Below are positions 1 to 9,045 of a stretch of DNA of 64,000 bases, piece by piece. This DNA is from Patescibacteria group bacterium UBA6017 (GTDB lineage Bacteria; Patescibacteriota; Saccharimonadia; UBA4664): positions 55,258-119,257 of the forward strand of contig DIZX01000011.1 in NCBI GenBank assembly GCA_002429485.1, given 5' to 3'. The notes under the pieces were generated by a model. That model saw nothing but the letters and a program-made list of their open reading frames with translations, was not told where the DNA came from and made no database searches. Both the position numbers and the translations under genes were made by a program. Each line of letters opens with the position of its first letter. Position 1 is the stretch's first letter.

Positions 1-472
1 GGCCATCCATGTGCTTAATACCACCAAAAATACGAGTCAGCGCTGCTACTTCGTTGGTGAAGTCGAGCAGTTCCTTCTTGTTGTACTTGGAAGCGTAGTC
101 TCCGCTCTCCATGCCGGCTTCGAGTTTCTTCAGCCGTTGTACCTGCAGGCGAATTGTGCGGAAGTTGGTGAGCATACCGCCCAACCAACGCTCAGTAACG
201 TAAGGCAGCTCGGCTGCTTCAGCGATCTCCTTTACGACCGGGGCTGCCTGGCGCTTGGTTCCCACGAGGAGGACCTTGCCGCCGTTTGCAGCAGTTTCGC
301 GGGCAAAGTCGGTAGCTTCCTTGAGCATGACGCCGGTCTTGGTGAGGTCAAGAATGTGAACCCCGCCGCGTGCACCATATATGTACTCGCGCATCTTCGG
401 GTTCCAACGACGCGTCTGGTGGCCAAAGTGAGCACCAGCTTCCAATAGTTCTTTTAACGTAACATCTGCCAT
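1..472 (-). CDS. rpsB: 30S ribosomal protein S2 (3' end beyond window)
   Basis: Not in the ORF track. Manual translation from ATG at 472 gives MADVTLKELLEAGAHFGHQTRRWNPKMREYIYGARGGVHILDL, the uS2 N-terminal signature. AAAGGA SD upstream. Confidence 0.97.
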   Translation of the reverse strand, partial: MADVTLKELLEAGAHFGHQTRRWNPKMREYIYGARGGVHILDLTKTGVMLKEATDFARETAANGGKVLLVGTKRQAAPVVKEIAEAAELPYVTERWLGGMLTNFRTIRLQVQRLKKLEAGMESGDYASKYNKKELLDFTNEVAALTRIFGGIKHMDG

Positions 473-627
473 CTAGATTGTGTCCTTTCATCTACATACG
501 ACCACCCGAGCGGGAGGATTACGGCCGTACTGATTCATTAATTACTTATAGGCCAAGCGAGTGTACCAAATATTCACGCTCAAAACAAGTTCTCGATACA
601 GCCCCGCAACATGACATCAGAGATGTG

Positions 628-656
628 TTGACCAAAAATCAATTATCAGGTACAAT
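628..656 (+). promoter_or_regulatory. sigma70-type promoter of rpmE (TTGACC-17-TACAAT)
   Basis: Near-consensus -35/-10 with 17-nt spacer; ATG 9 nt after the -10. Confidence 0.75.
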
Positions 657-665
657 CTTCAAGTT

Positions 666-983
666 ATGAAAACTGGTATCCACCCCGAAATCTTCGAGAC
701 AACCGTTCACTGTAATGGTTGCAACACCACGTTCACGAGTCACTCGACTGTGAGCGCGATTGACGTTGAAATTTGCTCCAACTGCCACCCGTTCTACACG
801 GGCAAGCAGAAGCTCATCGACACCGCCGGCCGCGTTGACAAGTTCAAGGCCCGCCAAGCTGAGGCTGCCAAGCGCGCCGCCAGCAAGTCCGACACGGAAA
901 ACAAAAACGACCCTGAGGTCGCCAAAATCCAGGAAGAACTTCAGACTGAGACTGTCGACAGCCAGCCTTCTACCGAAGCATAA
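666..983 (+). CDS. rpmE: 50S ribosomal protein L31 (Zn-binding type) with C-terminal extension
   Basis: [39 protein letters not shown]. Confidence 0.97.
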   Translation: MKTGIHPEIFETTVHCNGCNTTFTSHSTVSAIDVEICSNCHPFYTGKQKLIDTAGRVDKFKARQAEAAKRAASKSDTENKNDPEVAKIQEELQTETVDSQPSTEA

Positions 984-991
984 AGCCTCTC

Positions 992-1031
992 GAAGAGCGC
1001 TCTGAACACTTCCTGTACAGTAGCGCTTTTT
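992..1031 (+). terminator. probable intrinsic terminator after rpmE
   Basis: AAGAGCGCT...AGCGCTTTTT imperfect hairpin followed by a T-run. Confidence 0.45.
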
Positions 1032-1056
1032 GTTTACCTTAATCCGGAAAGATTCT

Positions 1057-2118
1057 ATGGACTCGACTGAACAAAAAATTCGCTCAGAGCACGAAGAAAA
1101 CGCCCAACGGATGACCAACCCGGATCTGTTTGGCACCTCCGAAATGGTGGCTCTAGCTAAGCGTCAAGCTGAGCTCGGCCCAGTCGTAGGCCTGTATGAC
1201 CAGCGCCAAAAACTATCCGATGACCTTACCGCCGGGCGCGAGCTGCTCGATGACCCGGAATATGCCGAACTGGCAGCCGAGGAAATCGCCGGTCTCGACA
1301 CCCAGCTGGAGCAGATCAACGATGCCCTGCGCCTCGCTCTCGTCCCCAAAGATCCGGCCGACGCCAAAAATGCCATCATCGAAATCCGCGCCGGTGCCGG
1401 CGGTGATGAAGCCAGCCTGTTTGCCGGTGAACTCTACCGTATGTATGCGCGATTCGTAGAAACCAAGCCCGGCTGGCGCATCGAGCTCATCAGTGATTCG
1501 CCCTCCGATGTGGGTGGCTACAAGGAAATTATTTTCCAGCTCAAAGGCCCTGATGCTTATGGCTGGCTCAAATATGAGTCCGGCGTCCACCGCGTCCAAC
1601 GCGTCCCCGAAACCGAGTCCAGCGGCCGCATCCACACCTCCACCGTCACCGTAGCCGTGCTCCCCGAAGCCGAGGAGACCGACATTGAAATCAAAGACAA
1701 TGATCTGCGCATCGACGTTTACCGCTCCGGCGGCAACGGCGGCCAGAGCGTGAACACCACCGACTCGGCTGTGCGCATCACTCACCTACCCTCGGGTTTG
1801 GTAGTGACGTGTCAGGACGAAAAATCTCAGCTCAAAAACAAAATAAAGGCCATGGGCGTTCTGCGCTCACGGTTATTGGCCCAAAAGCTCGAAACCGAAC
1901 AGCGCGAGAACCGCGAGGCTCGGCTGAGCCAAATCGGCACGGGTGACCGTTCCGAAAAGATCCGCACCTACAATTTCCCCCAAGATCGTGTCACTGATCA
2001 CCGCATCGGTCGAACCCAACACGGGTTACCAGGCTTCATGATCGGCGCCATCGGCGACATGATCGAGGCCCTACGTACAGAAGACCTAAGATTAAAATTG
2101 GAGCAAGCAGCAGTATGA
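1057..2118 (+). CDS. prfA: peptide chain release factor 1
   Basis: GGQ motif (SGGNGGQSVNTTDSAVR), PET anticodon-like motif in VQRVPETE, EIRAGAGGDEA; adjacent to prmC. ATG at 1057 preferred over TTG 1030. Confidence 0.97.
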   Translation: MDSTEQKIRSEHEENAQRMTNPDLFGTSEMVALAKRQAELGPVVGLYDQRQKLSDDLTAGRELLDDPEYAELAAEEIAGLDTQLEQINDALRLALVPKDPADAKNAIIEIRAGAGGDEASLFAGELYRMYARFVETKPGWRIELISDSPSDVGGYKEIIFQLKGPDAYGWLKYESGVHRVQRVPETESSGRIHTSTVTVAVLPEAEETDIEIKDNDLRIDVYRSGGNGGQSVNTTDSAVRITHLPSGLVVTCQDEKSQLKNKIKAMGVLRSRLLAQKLETEQRENREARLSQIGTGDRSEKIRTYNFPQDRVTDHRIGRTQHGLPGFMIGAIGDMIEALRTEDLRLKLEQAAV

Positions 2119-2657
2119 ACAAGCACACTTACCTAATTACCGGCCCATCAGGATCAGGGAAAACGGCCTTAGCCGAATACCTAGACTCACAGAGCATTAT
2201 TTCCATCGACGCTGACAGCACGCAGGGGCTGTGTTACTTCGTAAACAAAAATAACAAACCCGTCCCTTTTCCGCCACACGCTGACGCCGGCTGGTGGGCA
2301 ACCCACAACTATATTTTCGAAATCGACCGTCTAGCGAAGCTCATTGCCACTCACGGATCAGGCGCGCCGGTATTTGTAAGCGGCAATACCGGCAACATCG
2401 CCAACGCCTGGAATATGTTTGAAGCCGTCTTCTATCTCGATGTGCCGACCGACCTCATGCTCAGCCGCACGAAGAATCTCACTAACGGTGAAAACTTCGG
2501 CCAGCGCATAGACGACAAAACTCTACTCGTATCCTGGGTTGAGCCGTTCAAGCAGAAAATGGTCGAACTAGGCGCTGTCGTGATCGACGGCACTAAGCCT
2601 GTCGACAAAGTTTCCGGCGAGATTTTGGCCCACGTCAAGAAAACTGCCGCCGCGTGA
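2115..2657 (+). CDS. P-loop nucleotide/shikimate-kinase-like protein
   Basis: N-terminal Walker A LITGPSGSGKT, IDAD, NMP-kinase-like length; 4-nt overlaps with both prfA and prmC. Confidence 0.7.
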   Translation: MNKHTYLITGPSGSGKTALAEYLDSQSIISIDADSTQGLCYFVNKNNKPVPFPPHADAGWWATHNYIFEIDRLAKLIATHGSGAPVFVSGNTGNIANAWNMFEAVFYLDVPTDLMLSRTKNLTNGENFGQRIDDKTLLVSWVEPFKQKMVELGAVVIDGTKPVDKVSGEILAHVKKTAAA

Positions 2658-3460
2658 GCACCGTTCGCGAAGCTCTAACTGCCGCTATCACATTCTTGGA
2701 AGCAGGCAAAATAGCCGGTGCCCGGCTCGATGCCGAGCTTCTATTGGCTCATGTGTTGCGCCGCGACCGCGCCTGGCTGCTCGCCCATGACGATGAAGAG
2801 CTCACGCCACACCAGGCTGCCGACTTTGAAGCCTTCATCTCCCGCCGCAGCGAACATGTTCCGGTAGTACACCTCACCGGCCACCGCGAATTTTACGGCC
2901 TGGAATTTGCCATCACGCCCGATGTCCTCACGCCGCGCGTGGAAACGGAGCAAATGGTCGAATGGGCCATTAAATACGCTCCAAGAAATTCTAATCTTAT
3001 CGATATTGGCACAGGTTCGGGCGCGATCGCCATCGCTATCGGAGCTGCCCGACCTGATCTGTCACTCACCGGCACCGAAATCACCGACGAGGCCCTGACC
3101 GTGGCCCACCGCAACGCCAAACAGTATGACACCAAAATTGAACTCATCAAGGCCGACCTCTGGGACGGCGTTTCCGGCACCTTCGCCACCATAGTGACCA
3201 ACCTCCCCTACCTCCGCGATGATGCTGACCTCATGCCCGAAGTGCGCAAAGAGCCCGCCGTCGCGCTATTTGGCGGTCCGGACGGCCTCGATCTGTACCG
3301 CCGCTTCGTCGCCGGTATTGCAGCGCACCTCACTGCGGGCGGCTACCTATTCACCGAATGCGACCCCTGGCAGCATGAAGCTCTCATGGCCGAAGCCGCC
3401 AAAGTCGGCCTCGCCCCTATCGAGCAGGGCTATTTTATCCTCGGCTTCCAGGGACAGTAA
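2654..3460 (+). CDS. prmC: release factor glutamine methyltransferase PrmC/HemK
   Basis: DAELLLAHVL, PRVETE, DIGTGSGAIA SAM motif, NLPY (NPPY variant), EP..ALFGGPDGL. Confidence 0.95.
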   Translation: MSTVREALTAAITFLEAGKIAGARLDAELLLAHVLRRDRAWLLAHDDEELTPHQAADFEAFISRRSEHVPVVHLTGHREFYGLEFAITPDVLTPRVETEQMVEWAIKYAPRNSNLIDIGTGSGAIAIAIGAARPDLSLTGTEITDEALTVAHRNAKQYDTKIELIKADLWDGVSGTFATIVTNLPYLRDDADLMPEVRKEPAVALFGGPDGLDLYRRFVAGIAAHLTAGGYLFTECDPWQHEALMAEAAKVGLAPIEQGYFILGFQGQ

Positions 3461-3465
3461 CCCGT

Positions 3466-4635
3466 CTAGCTCGCCGGTGCGGCTTCCAGTTTCGTACTCA
3501 GGGTCACCGTCTTACCGTCCCGCAACACCGTCACCGACACCGTATCGCCGACTTTGTGCTTACTGATCAATGATTGCAAACTGTGCGTGGCATCAATGGT
3601 GTCACCGCCCACTTTAGTAATAATATCGCCTTCTTTGATACCCGCCTTGTCGGCCGGCGAGCCCGCCACCACCGCCGGGGATTGGTCGGTGCCCGGTTGC
3701 ACCCAAGCACCGCTGCTAACCGCCAGGCTATTCTGTGTCGCCACTTGCTTATCAATCGCCAGGTAACGCACGCCCAAATACGGCCGTACAATGTGCCCCA
3801 CACTCTCAACGCTCGCTATCAACTGTTTCGCCTCATTTATCGGTATGGCAAAGCCAATGTTCTGAGCTTGGCCAGCCACCGCAGTATTAATTCCCACCAC
3901 TTGTCCGCCCAGATTCACCAATGGGCCGCCGGAATTTCCAGGGTTAATCGCCGCATCGGTTTGCAGTAAATTCTGCAGCACTTCGGAGCTGGTACCCGTA
4001 GCGCTGCTATCTCCGGCCACCACACCGCGGGATAATCCGGAAATAATCCCGTCCGTCACCGTATTTTGATACTGCCCCAGCGCATTCCCGATAGCTACCA
4101 CCCGCTGGCCCACCTGTACCGCCCCGGAATCACCCAGCTTCACTACCGGCAAACCCGTCGCCGTAATTCGCACAAACGCCACATCGTTTACGCTATCTTT
4201 TGAAACCACCTTCGCAGGATATGTCTTGCCGTCGGTCGTAATCACGGTGTAATTAGCCGTCGCATCATCCACCACATGGCGGTTGGTCAGAATCAACCCG
4301 TCACTTGTGACGATCATCCCGGTACCGGCGCCTTCAGCTTGCTGCACATTACCAAAAAAACCGCGCGTGACGGTTTTTGAAGTTATAGAAACCACTGCCG
4401 GACTAACCTGCTTAGCCACATCAATGACAGCCGAATTTTCTTGAACGATTAATTGCTTCTTATCGGTCGGGATTGCCCCTGGGAAAAACCGCACCATCGT
4501 CACGGTGCCAATCATTCCGCCCACTATTCCAAATATTAATCCGGCCGCCAACAGCTTTGCGTTGATATTGTCCATCCAACTCCGCCTCGAAGGAGGTACC
4601 GGAATGATTAACTGTTCTTCACCGTCTGTAGCCAT
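3466..4635 (-). CDS. htrA: HtrA/DegP-family serine protease with PDZ domain
   Basis: N-terminal TM, LTNRHVV (His), QTDAAINPGNSGGPL (Ser), single PDZ. ATG 4635 preferred. Confidence 0.95.
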   Translation of the reverse strand: MATDGEEQLIIPVPPSRRSWMDNINAKLLAAGLIFGIVGGMIGTVTMVRFFPGAIPTDKKQLIVQENSAVIDVAKQVSPAVVSITSKTVTRGFFGNVQQAEGAGTGMIVTSDGLILTNRHVVDDATANYTVITTDGKTYPAKVVSKDSVNDVAFVRITATGLPVVKLGDSGAVQVGQRVVAIGNALGQYQNTVTDGIISGLSRGVVAGDSSATGTSSEVLQNLLQTDAAINPGNSGGPLVNLGGQVVGINTAVAGQAQNIGFAIPINEAKQLIASVESVGHIVRPYLGVRYLAIDKQVATQNSLAVSSGAWVQPGTDQSPAVVAGSPADKAGIKEGDIITKVGGDTIDATHSLQSLISKHKVGDTVSVTVLRDGKTVTLSTKLEAAPAS

Positions 4636-4730
4636 GATATTCCCTCTGGATTTTGTGAATAATATTATATACCCACTTCCAGTATGCAATCTTCGGCTGA
4701 GAAAATCCTGAAAATTTAGCGAAAAAACGG

Positions 4731-5543
4731 CTAAACGTTGCCCCGCCAAGACGTTCCGACCACTACAATCATCACCAAAATCAACGCAATCACCATGTAC
4801 TCACCCAAGCGCCCGCGACTCAAGCTGCCATGCCGCGAGGACACCAAGATACTGCCGAAGATATAAGCCAGCGCCGTCAAAATTAATGCCGGTTGCGGAA
4901 CCAAAATAAAACCGCCCGTCATGGTGTAGGTAATCAGCCAAAGCATCAGCACCCAGGCCACCTCAGTTGCAACCACCCCCCACGTCGCCGCCATGACCCC
5001 CGCGGATTTATCCCCCCGCCGCGTCAAAACGCCGTAGACCGTAAAGTAAGCCCCCGTCCACACCAGAGCCAGTGTTATCCATGCCGGGATCGAGGTCCCG
5101 TCCGAATTGTGCCATACAGCCGCCACCAGGAATATCGCCTCAAACATCACCGCCTGAACAATCAATAACTGCGCCAAGTTGTTTGAAGCCCCATCCGGAT
5201 CACTTTCCCGCCAGACCAACCACCCTGCGTAAAGCAGCGCAACCACCACCTGAGTCGCATACCGAGGCACCATCGCGACCACCAGAGTCACACTCAAGCC
5301 CATGACCAGCCCAGGGAGACACCTCCAAAATTCCAACACCTTGGTCTCGCCAACTGCCAGGCTATTTGGCAGCAAGACTCGAAGTTCGATCGCCGCAATC
5401 AAGACAGCGGCCAGCACCCACAGTCCGCCCCTCCGGGCTAACGCGTATACTGCCAAGAATTCTATTGCCGCCAAGACCCACTGCGTCCAAGGACGGCCAG
5501 ACAGGTTACTGCGTCGAACTAGTTGCTTTATAGTTGCTACCAA
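4731..5543 (-). CDS. multi-pass membrane protein, unknown function
   Basis: About 8-9 hydrophobic segments; co-directional between LCP and htrA. Confidence 0.75.
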   Translation of the reverse strand: MVATIKQLVRRSNLSGRPWTQWVLAAIEFLAVYALARRGGLWVLAAVLIAAIELRVLLPNSLAVGETKVLEFWRCLPGLVMGLSVTLVVAMVPRYATQVVVALLYAGWLVWRESDPDGASNNLAQLLIVQAVMFEAIFLVAAVWHNSDGTSIPAWITLALVWTGAYFTVYGVLTRRGDKSAGVMAATWGVVATEVAWVLMLWLITYTMTGGFILVPQPALILTALAYIFGSILVSSRHGSLSRGRLGEYMVIALILVMIVVVGTSWRGNV

Positions 5544-7020
5544 GGATTATCCTTATCTGAGGAGCCGGCACTGCTGCGCCGCTTGAATCCACCGTCGGCG
5601 TCGGAGCGATCATCCGCTGCGCCTTCACCTTAAACCGTTGCTCGAGGTAATTAAGTGTATATGGCTTCTTCCCGCCAGTATAGTCATATATCACCGTATT
5701 TGTATAGTGGTCGGGAGCATTTACCGGATCGCCAACGTTATAATGAGCCGCCTGCAGACTCTTCGTGATACTACTCGCGAGCCCCGGAATACCCGAACCG
5801 TTCTGAATTTCCAGCTTAGCATTCTCATCGATCAGATAATGATCCGCAAATATGTTCTTTACGAAATCCTGAATATCAGAGTAGTCAAAGTTCCCAATCT
5901 TCGGAACCTCTATGTATCCCGCGCTAGGGATGATGTTGACTCCACCGACCAACAATGCTTCCTTGGAGTCGGTGTCGATTACTTTCTGCACCATCTTAGC
6001 CGGATCAATATCTTTTACGATTGACGCCATTTTCTTCAACTCGTTGGCCTGAATATCGGTCTTCACGTGGCTCCCCACGGCGTCGATGAGCTCGGACAGC
6101 TTAACGGGATTTGTGAGCGTCGAAAGCTGCAGCGCCTTCTGCCTCAATGCGGCAATCACTAGCTGCTGACGGGCTGCCCGGTCGAAATCGCTCGTACTAT
6201 GACGCGACCTCGAGTAGCGCAGCGCCACCGTGCCGTTCATGTGCTGCAGCCCGGGCTTGATCGAAAATGGACAGAAACCGCCGCGCTCGTTGTCGCACGG
6301 GTACGATGCGTCATAAATTGCCGTCGGAACGTTGATATCAACCCCTCCTACCGCATCTATCGCCTGCTTGAACCCAGAGAAATCAATCAACACATAATAA
6401 TGAATCGGAACCCCGATAACATTTGCCACCGTTCGAGCCGCCAGCTCGGGGCCGCCGTAAGCGTTCGCGGCATTAATCTTGCCGTACTGCTCCCTCGTAC
6501 TAGTACCCGCTGGTATCTTCACGTATAAATCCCGGGGTATCGACAGCATCGCCGCATCTTTGGTTTTGGGGTCAAAACTGATCACCATCATCGTATCGGA
6601 CAAATTTGGGGCTTCGTGGCCCTGACCGCCAATCCCCAATACCAAGATATTTACGCGCCCGTCACCTTCGCCCTTAAGCTTTGTCACATCCAGTAGGCCG
6701 GCCAGTCCCGGTGCGCCGCCGTTCGACTTGGCAAAAATGCTGTGCGCTGCACTCAATGCCTTATAGCCAAACCAACCGACCGTTGTCACGATCAGTATCA
6801 GGACTCCAAGCGCCAGCCAGCGCATGACGCGCAAAATCCCACCGTGTACCCGCTTGGGTTTGCGATATACGAATACCGGCTCTTCGACTCCGGCTGCCTC
6901 AATTGGGTTCACAAAATCTACCTTTTCCACGGCAGGAGCAGACTCAAGGGGTGATAAATTTTTTGGGCGACGTACTGGTCCATCCAATGAACGCCGCCTG
7001 TCCGGATTTAACATTGTCAT
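5506..7020 (-). CDS. LCP (LytR-CpsA-Psr) family protein with LytR_C domain
   Basis: TM, NILVLG, SDTMMV, SIPRDLYV, KINAA, R-S-R..SDFDRAARQQ, C-terminal NGSGIPGLA...IILG. Start chosen from TATACT 8 nt upstream. Confidence 0.93.
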   Translation of the reverse strand: MTMLNPDRRRSLDGPVRRPKNLSPLESAPAVEKVDFVNPIEAAGVEEPVFVYRKPKRVHGGILRVMRWLALGVLILIVTTVGWFGYKALSAAHSIFAKSNGGAPGLAGLLDVTKLKGEGDGRVNILVLGIGGQGHEAPNLSDTMMVISFDPKTKDAAMLSIPRDLYVKIPAGTSTREQYGKINAANAYGGPELAARTVANVIGVPIHYYVLIDFSGFKQAIDAVGGVDINVPTAIYDASYPCDNERGGFCPFSIKPGLQHMNGTVALRYSRSRHSTSDFDRAARQQLVIAALRQKALQLSTLTNPVKLSELIDAVGSHVKTDIQANELKKMASIVKDIDPAKMVQKVIDTDSKEALLVGGVNIIPSAGYIEVPKIGNFDYSDIQDFVKNIFADHYLIDENAKLEIQNGSGIPGLASSITKSLQAAHYNVGDPVNAPDHYTNTVIYDYTGGKKPYTLNYLEQRFKVKAQRMIAPTPTVDSSGAAVPAPQIRIILGSNYKATSSTQ

Positions 7021-7129
7021 CGTCATCAAGTATAACCAGTATCCCCCAAACGGCACAACCACAAACAGTTCCCGTACACCATATCTAAGGCTTGTCGCAC
7101 CCGCCTTCGGGCAGGTATACTAAATACCA

Positions 7130-7939
7130 ATGGATGATCAAAACCCAACACCGACACCAACTCCGCCAACCGGCCCCAGACTCGACGGCCCCTCCTCGAG
7201 CTTGCCCGCCTCTCCGCTCGGGCAGCCATCGCCTCAGGCATACACCGAGCCAATACCCAGCTCATCTGAGCTACCCGCCCAAGCTCAGGCCCCTGTACCC
7301 GCCGACACCGACCCATCCGCCAATAATGAGCCCGGCGCTACAGGATCCGCCATATCCTCTATTGCCCGCGGCTTCTCCACCATCTTCGGGGCGATATTTT
7401 CTTGGATTATTTTTCCCATTGCAGTCGTATTGATATTGCACAATTTTGTATTTCAGGCCTATCACGTAATCGGCACCAGCATGGTCCCCTCTCTGCACGA
7501 CGCCGATTATCTGATCGTATCCAAACTTGGTTACACTCAGGGCCTCGTCGAACGCATGCTCGGCCAGGACAAAAAATACATACCGGCCCGTGGCCAGGTT
7601 ATCGTCTTTCGCTTTCCCAAGGACACATCTCGCGTCTTCGTGAAGCGCGTCGTGGGCCTGCCCGGTGACCGCGTAGTTGTAAAGAATGGCAGCGTTACCA
7701 TCTACAACAAAGCTCATTCCGACGGCTTCAACCCCGACACCTCTTACGAGGCAGCTGGTGCCACCACCCTCGTCGACACCGACGAAGTCGTACAGGAAGG
7801 CAACGTCTTCGTCATGGGAGACAACCGCACCCCCAACGGCTCCTACGATTCGCGCGAATGGGGCGAACTACCGTCGAGCTACATCATCGGCAATGCCGTA
7901 CTGCGCCTCCTCCCCCTCGACCAAGTCAAAGCTCTCTAG
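7130..7939 (+). CDS. lepB: signal peptidase I (Ser/Lys) with Pro-rich N-terminal extension
   Basis: GTSMVPSL, FVKRVVGLPGD, GDN...SYDSR boxes; upstream TTGTCG-18-TATACT. Confidence 0.93.
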   Translation: MDDQNPTPTPTPPTGPRLDGPSSSLPASPLGQPSPQAYTEPIPSSSELPAQAQAPVPADTDPSANNEPGATGSAISSIARGFSTIFGAIFSWIIFPIAVVLILHNFVFQAYHVIGTSMVPSLHDADYLIVSKLGYTQGLVERMLGQDKKYIPARGQVIVFRFPKDTSRVFVKRVVGLPGDRVVVKNGSVTIYNKAHSDGFNPDTSYEAAGATTLVDTDEVVQEGNVFVMGDNRTPNGSYDSREWGELPSSYIIGNAVLRLLPLDQVKAL

Positions 7940-7952
7940 AGCCCTCGCCAAC

Positions 7953-8062
7953 GTAGCGCCCGGCTGATGTTGGATATTGCGCAAAACGCCTGACAACAAA
8001 ACGCTCCCACATAGCAAAGGGAGCGAGTTCGTTTTGAAAATATTCAACGCAGCCGAAGCTAC
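7953..8062 (+). repeat. long nested inverted-repeat intergenic element (copy A)
   Basis: Helices GTAGC/GCTAC, CGGCTG/CAGCCG, TGTTGGATATT/AATATTCAACG (G-U pairs), CAAAACG/CGTTTTG, CGCTCCC/GGGAGCG, between convergent lepB and parB. Confidence 0.7.
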
Positions 8063-8095
8063 CTAATCAGCCGAAGCTACCATATCGAAGCTACC
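8050..8095. repeat. three direct repeats of (CAGC)CGAAGCTACC
   Basis: Copies at 8050-8063, 8068-8081, 8086-8095. Confidence 0.85.
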
Positions 8096-8106
8096 TAAGC
8101 CGGGAT

Positions 8107-9045
8107 CTACTGCCCCGTTTCAGCCTTGATCGCGCGATAAATACGCTCGAGCTCTTCTTCGGAGTAATACTCAATCACCAGTTTGCCGCCCTTGGCGGTG
8201 CGCACTTGCGTGACCTTAGCGCCCAGATAATCACCCAGATCCATCGTAAGCTGGTTGACGGCCGCGATCCGCGCCGCGGCTTTGGCCTTGCTGCCGGTCG
8301 CACCCTTATATCCGCGAGCATATTCCTCGGTCTGGCGGATCGTCCAGTGATTTTTGAGCACCATCGCCAGCAGTTCCAAGCGCTTAGCCAGCTCCATCTC
8401 CTTATCTTCTTCAACCACCGACAGCAACACTCGCGCATGACCCTCGTTGATCAAGCCCTCGATCAGCGCCCGCTTGGCCTCCGGAGGTAGATTGAGCAAC
8501 CTGGTAGTATTGGAGATAGTCGACACATCTTTGCCGATGCGCTTGCTCAGATCTTCGAGCCGTAGATTAAATTGATCAAGCAATTTACGATAAGCCGTCG
8601 CGACCTCCATCGGATTGAGCTCCGCGCGCTGCAGATTCTCGATTAATGCCAGCTCCAACTTCTGCTGTTCGTCAAAGCTGCGTATAATCACGGGCACCAC
8701 GTCGAGCCCAGCAATCTTGGCCGCGCGCAACCTACGTTCACCCGCGATCAGCTCGTAGCGCTCGCCAACGCGCGTGACCACCAAAGGCTGCAGTATCCCG
8801 TGTACGCGAATACTCGCCGCCAGAGCCTCCAGCGCCGGAACGTCAAAGTTCTGCCGCGGTTGGTGCGGATTCGGATCCACCAATGCCGGTGCCACCTCGC
8901 GTACCAGATCAGCCGAGCTGCGGTTGCCCGACGAGTCTACCGGCGCGGTGACGTCGAATTCGTCCTCGACCATCTGGGTCGGAATCAACGCGTCAAACCC
9001 TCGTCCTAATCCCCTTTTGCGCTCAAATTTCACTTCATCGGTCAT
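8107..9045 (-). CDS. parB: chromosome partitioning protein ParB/Spo0J
   Basis: RGLGRG, PNPHQPR, GILQP, LIAGERRLRA, ALIENLQR; ATGA overlap with parA. Confidence 0.97.
   Translation of the reverse strand: MTDEVKFERKRGLGRGFDALIPTQMVEDEFDVTAPVDSSGNRSSADLVREVAPALVDPNPHQPRQNFDVPALEALAASIRVHGILQPLVVTRVGERYELIAGERRLRAAKIAGLDVVPVIIRSFDEQQKLELALIENLQRAELNPMEVATAYRKLLDQFNLRLEDLSKRIGKDVSTISNTTRLLNLPPEAKRALIEGLINEGHARVLLSVVEEDKEMELAKRLELLAMVLKNHWTIRQTEEYARGYKGATGSKAKAAARIAAVNQLTMDLGDYLGAKVTQVRTAKGGKLVIEYYSEEELERIYRAIKAETGQ

Noticed and set aside
8050-8095. CRISPR array or parS
   Set aside because: Repeats are 10-14 nt with 4-nt gaps, there are no cas genes, and there is no match to the TGTTTCACGTGAAACA parS palindrome.
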